This document shows, one piece after another, positions 59,047-64,000 of a DNA stretch of 64,000 bases. Positions within the stretch are counted from its first letter, which is position 1. The number at the start of each line of letters is the position of its first letter. The DNA lies in NCBI GenBank assembly GCA_004764695.1, contig SMSO01000007.1, forward strand, positions 1,371,270 through 1,435,269, written 5' to 3'. The translations under genes were made by a program, and so were the position numbers. This stretch comes from Schizochytrium sp. TIO01 (lineage: Eukaryota; Protista; Bigyra: Labyrinthulomycetes). The notes beneath the pieces were generated by a model that was given only the letters and a program-made list of their open reading frames with translations, was not told the origin of the DNA and made no database searches.

Positions 59047-61866
59047 ATGCGGCGTTTTGATCTCGATTCGGAAGAGACGCAAGGCACGATTGGGGCAAAC
59101 GAAACGAGTTCGAAGAGAGCCAAAAGCGAATTGCGGAGACAAGTTCATTTACTGGGCGCTGCTCTGCCCCATTTGGCAGCCTACCTTGAGGATGACGATA
59201 TACTGGTGCTGCTAAAGACGGCGAGATTTATTTTCGACCAGATGAAACCACTCTGGGGAACAGTGATTTTACCACATTCGAAATCTGTGCAGAAGTTCAT
59301 GAGCAGGACCAAGCAAGGATTTACCTCTATCGTGCAGAAACCTATGTGTATTCCGCCACCAGGGATGCAACCATGGGTGTTTTTACAACTCATCCACGAG
59401 GAGAAGTGTTGGTGCTGCAAGAAAATTTTAGAGCATCGAGGAAGAGATGGAAACGACGAATTCTCCGCGTGCGATAATTTCGTGGTGTGCGGGTCTTGCA
59501 TCCGTAAAAAGCTTTCATTTGAAACAGCGAAAGATGATCCTTTGGCACTTTACTCACTAGCAGAAAGCGAAGCTTATGCTCCTGGGGTGTCCGCTCCGCC
59601 AGGCTTCCGACGCGCAACCTTTGTGCGTGAGGTCAGTGGCTCGCGAGAAGTGATCCCTAAAATATGGCTGGATTGGGTGCTCCGTGACGATCCCTTTGCA
59701 CAAAAACGAAAAGAAGTTCAACGTCGCGCAAGAGATGCGGCAACTGAACACTTAATGAGGTCCCCGGCTGTCACAGGGCTTACAGAGCTACTTGGCGGCC
59801 CTGCAGAGTGGCTCCAATCGCATCCTTTAGTAGATGAGATTAGAAACGGTATTGTGCATCTTGACACCGATGCGAGTTTTGTTGCCCTCATTTTGAAAGA
59901 GTCGGAGGAGCTTTATGGGTGGGCGCAGAATATGCTCGACTCTATGCACCCACTCACGAAGGATCATGCTGACTTTGGTTCCCTTTTGAATCACCGAAGT
60001 GAATCTGATGTAGAGGCTCGTAAACAGGTTTTCTTGCAATGTAAAAAACATAGCAATCTCATCTATGCACTTGAAAGTTGGGAAGGGCCACTTCATCATG
60101 AATTTGTACAAAATTACTACACACTAGATCTTTCGCTTGTTCCGAACAAGGTCTTTCTCGCACTTCACCCTCGCATGAAACGTGAACAGTGGCTCCAAAA
60201 GTTTGCCAAAAGGCTCGGACTTCACTCTAATGATGCAAAGTACTTTTCGCAGGTGACAAATATCACTGGAGAGAAAATAGATGTAATACATGCTGTGGAG
60301 CGAAAACAAAAAGTATCTAACATGTTCCAAGGTGAGATGCTTGATCTTGCTCTCCAAGACCAAGAGGTGATAAGCTGGGTTTTTGGTGCTTCGCATGAAG
60401 ACTTCACGATGCTAGAGCTTGCACAGCGTTTCCAATGTCGTTATTTGCTTCAAGCCAAGGGTAGGCATCACGGGACCAGGCTAGCTGGGTTCTGCAAACT
60501 CCCGTATGCCCTCAGTGCGCTCGAGGATAAAATTGGAGTTGCAGATCGAGCAGAGGCTCTTGATTCTTACAAAGCTGCGAAGCTTGATGAGCTTCCATTG
60601 GCTTCACTAGAATTTATATGTAAAAGTTACCCAATCGAGCCTATATCGATCGAAAATCCAGCTTGGTTCGACGATGAAGAGTATCGCAAAGCGGTAAATG
60701 AAGACCCCCGACTTGTGCGTATGGACTATAAACGAACCTATGACGACTTCCAGGGTCATTCAGTCCTTTCAAATAATGACACACCACAGACTTTTGCACA
60801 GTTAATCAACAAAGCTGACTCAAAAGCACTGATTCATGTCATTTTGGGAACTGCCCGTCATCAGGAGTATGCCATGGGTAGGTTGAAGGCGTCGCTTGAT
60901 AACGATGAATTGAGCTATGCACAGGCCGATATGCTAATCGAAGCGATTGGTAAGGGGGAGTTAAGTATTCAACCTCAAAGTCTAGCCTATGCTATAAAAG
61001 CGTCATCAAGGGCACTTCAAGTCATGAAGATTCTTAACCAGCAGCCTGCCTGGCTTCGTGACATTCTTCTTGAAGCAGTTCCGTCTGTTATTGACGCATT
61101 CCGTCTGCCTCGTCTTCTAGACGCTGTTCAGGCACTGAGCTATCATGTGGCGCAGAAGAAAGTTCCTCGCTTAGAAAGTCTGCAAGAACATTCGGAATTA
61201 GTGTCTTACCTTTTTCGCAAGTGCTTAATCTGTATTGTTCAACAAGAGACCGAAGATCTTTGTAAGCCTCATATATTTACCGAAATTGGGGACACCATTG
61301 CTGATTTGCACAAGGAAATTGAAGAATCCCACTGGTGGCAAGAAGGACACCATGCACAACTCTATGCACTCCTTGACCCACTCAAGCGTTTGAGAGACAT
61401 GAAAGAGTTTCTTGTTAATGAAAATATTGCACGTGACGCTTGTCGAGACTTCAACATAAATATCACAAGTCCTGCTGTCTCTTACCGCCAATGTTTACGA
61501 AATCTTCAAGAAAGCCAAGGGTGGCGCGCACGTTTTGAGCAGCTACTCAAGCGCACAAGAGAGACTAAGTGGAACGGAATTGGTATTTGCTCTCCCAAGC
61601 TTATTGAGCGCCTCGAGAACACTGCTCTTACACAAGGCTATGCTGCATCAACTATTGAGCTTTACACAGAAACATTGGCTGCGACCAAATTCACGGAAGG
61701 TAACTTAGAAGACACTGTAGTTTTGGAAACTCTTTTTGATTCTGGACTACTTTCCCTTCTTCATGAAGGCCAATTTGCACTTGCCGCACGGCGTATGGGG
61801 TATTACTTACCTTCCGCTGAGCTTGTGTATTTAGACCTTAAGGAGGACCTCAACCTTGCTATGTAA
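59047..61866 (+). CDS. Large hypothetical protein with N-terminal F-box-like motif and CxxC..CxxC zinc-binding segment
   Basis: 939-aa ORF. LLGAALPHLAAYLEDDDILVLLKTARFIF resembles an F-box; CWCCKK...VVCGSC follows; the remainder is unrecognised. Confidence 0.6.
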   Translation: MRRFDLDSEETQGTIGANETSSKRAKSELRRQVHLLGAALPHLAAYLEDDDILVLLKTARFIFDQMKPLWGTVILPHSKSVQKFMSRTKQGFTSIVQKPMCIPPPGMQPWVFLQLIHEEKCWCCKKILEHRGRDGNDEFSACDNFVVCGSCIRKKLSFETAKDDPLALYSLAESEAYAPGVSAPPGFRRATFVREVSGSREVIPKIWLDWVLRDDPFAQKRKEVQRRARDAATEHLMRSPAVTGLTELLGGPAEWLQSHPLVDEIRNGIVHLDTDASFVALILKESEELYGWAQNMLDSMHPLTKDHADFGSLLNHRSESDVEARKQVFLQCKKHSNLIYALESWEGPLHHEFVQNYYTLDLSLVPNKVFLALHPRMKREQWLQKFAKRLGLHSNDAKYFSQVTNITGEKIDVIHAVERKQKVSNMFQGEMLDLALQDQEVISWVFGASHEDFTMLELAQRFQCRYLLQAKGRHHGTRLAGFCKLPYALSALEDKIGVADRAEALDSYKAAKLDELPLASLEFICKSYPIEPISIENPAWFDDEEYRKAVNEDPRLVRMDYKRTYDDFQGHSVLSNNDTPQTFAQLINKADSKALIHVILGTARHQEYAMGRLKASLDNDELSYAQADMLIEAIGKGELSIQPQSLAYAIKASSRALQVMKILNQQPAWLRDILLEAVPSVIDAFRLPRLLDAVQALSYHVAQKKVPRLESLQEHSELVSYLFRKCLICIVQQETEDLCKPHIFTEIGDTIADLHKEIEESHWWQEGHHAQLYALLDPLKRLRDMKEFLVNENIARDACRDFNINITSPAVSYRQCLRNLQESQGWRARFEQLLKRTRETKWNGIGICSPKLIERLENTALTQGYAASTIELYTETLAATKFTEGNLEDTVVLETLFDSGLLSLLHEGQFALAARRMGYYLPSAELVYLDLKEDLNLAM

Positions 61867-62385
61867 GAAACACTATTATCAAAAGCAGAGAGAGGAGTCC
61901 AGACCAAAAGTTTATTTCATGCCTGCACAATATCGGCATTTCTATCTTCACAATCCTTTTTCGCGATCAAGCTTGCGAAGCTTTTTATTTCTTTCCAAAT
62001 TATGTTAAGTCAATTAGATAACATCCCGAATACAGCTAACCAATGCTACAAAACGTCATTCTCGCTTGCTGATGAAAACAAGTTCACTACACACTTTAAG
62101 AATAATTTGCTCTTGGCTGCAGTTTTCGTCGCGAATAAGTTCAAATTCTAATTACAACTTCGGCCTCGATCACGCTAGTTCCTTGCTGTCTGGGACCTTT
62201 TCTTAATCGCCTACTAACAATATGATCTTTTCCTCACTAAACCTGTAACTCAATTTGTTCCATACCAATCCTACTAAACTTATTAAATATTAAATATCCT
62301 ATTTATCTTTCCTCTTTCATTTTCTTCATAGTTTTCACCAATCTGTGCTAAAGCAATACGGGATCTACAAACTCAAAGCGCCACG

Positions 62386-64000
62386 ATGGGCGCCTCGTTC
62401 TCGTCGTCATCGCAGGGTGCCGCTCCATCATCTCGGCGCACGTCGTCCTCGTTGGACCTCTCGGGAGGGACTGGCACCTTTGATGGAGATGGGAACACCG
62501 CTGTGGGCCGGCAATCGCCAACGCTAACGCTACTGCACCTGGCACGACAGCAGTCTAGTGCCGGCCTGAAATCCTCTTCATTTCTGCCTAGGCACGGCCG
62601 CTCTGGAACTAATGCTGCCAACGAAGATTATCCCAGCGCTGCTGGAATCCTCGCGACGCCTCGCGGATCGAGAGGAAGGCGACTGCTCCCTTCAAGCAAA
62701 TCCTATTCTTCAGGTCTTCCCGCTCTTAATTATAACGCCACAAACTCGCAATCAAACCCGAAACAACACTCGCAAACAAATTCTCAGTTGAACTCAAACC
62801 TTTTTCAACATCAGAGCTCAAAATCCAGCTCAAGACCTAGCTCTAGCTCCGGGTTTACGCATAACCAGAACCAGAATGCTGACTCGCATGGCCTCGTGGC
62901 TTTGGAGCACGCTGCAGGATTTCTTGGCGAAGGAGGTCTTCACGGGGCTCGCGGAAGTTTGTCAAATTCTGGAAACGGAGGAGTGATGAATACAAAGAGG
63001 TTGGACAAAATGACAACGCCCAAAGGCAGTTTCAAGGCGACTGACCAGCACATTCAATTGCAAATGCCATTGCAACAGGCCCATATCCAACCAAATGGAG
63101 GGGCGCATCTGGGAATGGAGACCGGGGTAGATACAGGTCGAAGAGCGGCAAGTCTAGACGATATGACGTTTCCGCTAGTTGTTTCAGATTTGATCAAAGC
63201 GCTCGTTGAAGTGCATTCAATCAAGGATTGCCTGATTGAATACTTCGATGGTCTTAGGAGAGGCGATGTAGAAAGGTCAAGACTTTCCATAGCAGCGGAA
63301 GTGTCCAGGAACTGTAACTTGAATAACCAATTCTGGTCAGAATTATCAAGTGTGCTGACTTACTATTTGACTGCAGAGAAATTGCTCACTTCACTGGAAT
63401 TTGCCAATAAAAAAGACAAACTCCATTCCACCATCGACATGCTTGAAAGGTCCATCAAGGGAATTACACGTCTTCTTGATGCCCAAATTGTCGCCTGCAG
63501 TGCACAAGAACGCAAACCTGCCGAACCGCACAGTGCGCGTTTTGAACCGTGGCAATTTGGTGGGCCCGGGTTTGCTGAAAGCTTCGACGAAGTTAACGTC
63601 ATGGCCTCAGCATCTTCTGCTTCGGCGGTGCGAGCAGACGATATTAATCCAGCTATGCTGGCGCGCATAAATTCGGAAGAAGCTAGGCATTCGCAGGTGC
63701 TTGCGCAAGTTTTCCTTTCTTCAGATCAGAAACGCATTGTTAGCACGCAGCCTGTCAAAGGTGCTCTCGAGGACTACGCCACCATCTTCTCTAAGATCAG
63801 CCAACTCTTCAAGACTCGACTTGCTACTTGCCAAATGTATGAGCGCATCACAACCGACCCAACTTCTTTGCCGCTAGCAAGTTTGAGTGTCAGTCCAGCC
63901 TGGCGTGACCAATTGGGCTTTCAAGAGACTTTGGAGGGGTCTAGTGGCAACAAAATGCTGCAAGATCTTATTGACAATGGCTTCGCAGAGCTCGAAGCAC
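62386..64000 (+). CDS. 5' part of a large hypothetical protein (runs off window) with N-myristoylation-type start
   Basis: Stop-free frame from ATG 62386 to the window end (absent from the track because there is no stop). MGASFSSSS fits MGxxxS; Ser/Gln/Asn-rich disordered N-terminus, then a helical-looking domain (FPLVVSDLIKALVEV...). Confidence 0.8.
   Translation, partial: MGASFSSSSQGAAPSSRRTSSSLDLSGGTGTFDGDGNTAVGRQSPTLTLLHLARQQSSAGLKSSSFLPRHGRSGTNAANEDYPSAAGILATPRGSRGRRLLPSSKSYSSGLPALNYNATNSQSNPKQHSQTNSQLNSNLFQHQSSKSSSRPSSSSGFTHNQNQNADSHGLVALEHAAGFLGEGGLHGARGSLSNSGNGGVMNTKRLDKMTTPKGSFKATDQHIQLQMPLQQAHIQPNGGAHLGMETGVDTGRRAASLDDMTFPLVVSDLIKALVEVHSIKDCLIEYFDGLRRGDVERSRLSIAAEVSRNCNLNNQFWSELSSVLTYYLTAEKLLTSLEFANKKDKLHSTIDMLERSIKGITRLLDAQIVACSAQERKPAEPHSARFEPWQFGGPGFAESFDEVNVMASASSASAVRADDINPAMLARINSEEARHSQVLAQVFLSSDQKRIVSTQPVKGALEDYATIFSKISQLFKTRLATCQMYERITTDPTSLPLASLSVSPAWRDQLGFQETLEGSSGNKMLQDLIDNGFAELEA

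Overview
Eukaryotic, nearly intron-free genomic DNA. The gene content, intronless long ORFs and long (AAAC)n/(GAA)n microsatellites suggest a stramenopile protist, probably a thraustochytrid/labyrinthulomycete; this is inference. Single-copy genes: an alpha/beta hydrolase, a CRT-like transporter, a His-rich copper-monooxygenase-like membrane protein, a CD36-family protein, a conserved unknown protein, an EAG/CNBD-type K+ channel, SNM1A/PSO2, tRNA-Leu(AAG), an F-box-like protein and an N-myristoylation-motif ORF that runs off the window. There are also two tail-anchored AIFM2/FSP1-like oxidoreductase paralogs. The centre (about 15-41.5 kb) is a dynamic cluster of four tandem secreted VWA-PAN/apple-ConA-like-mucin adhesin-like genes showing module shuffling and apparent gene conversion. 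The most notable hidden element is a decayed Fanzor2/TnpB-like RNA-guided nuclease gene between adhesin copies 1 and 2 (about 25705-26996, + strand), which is essentially invisible in the ORF track. It has a candidate omega-RNA hairpin downstream and is interrupted by a ~210-bp inverted copy of the 3' end of adhesin 1. Intergenic DNA is a patchwork of locally copied fragments, including a head-to-tail, circularly permuted concatemer of the adhesin upstream region. Three genes are split by a single frameshift (two resolved to 1-bp indels), which may be assembly errors. All similarity statements come from reading by eye; no searches were run.
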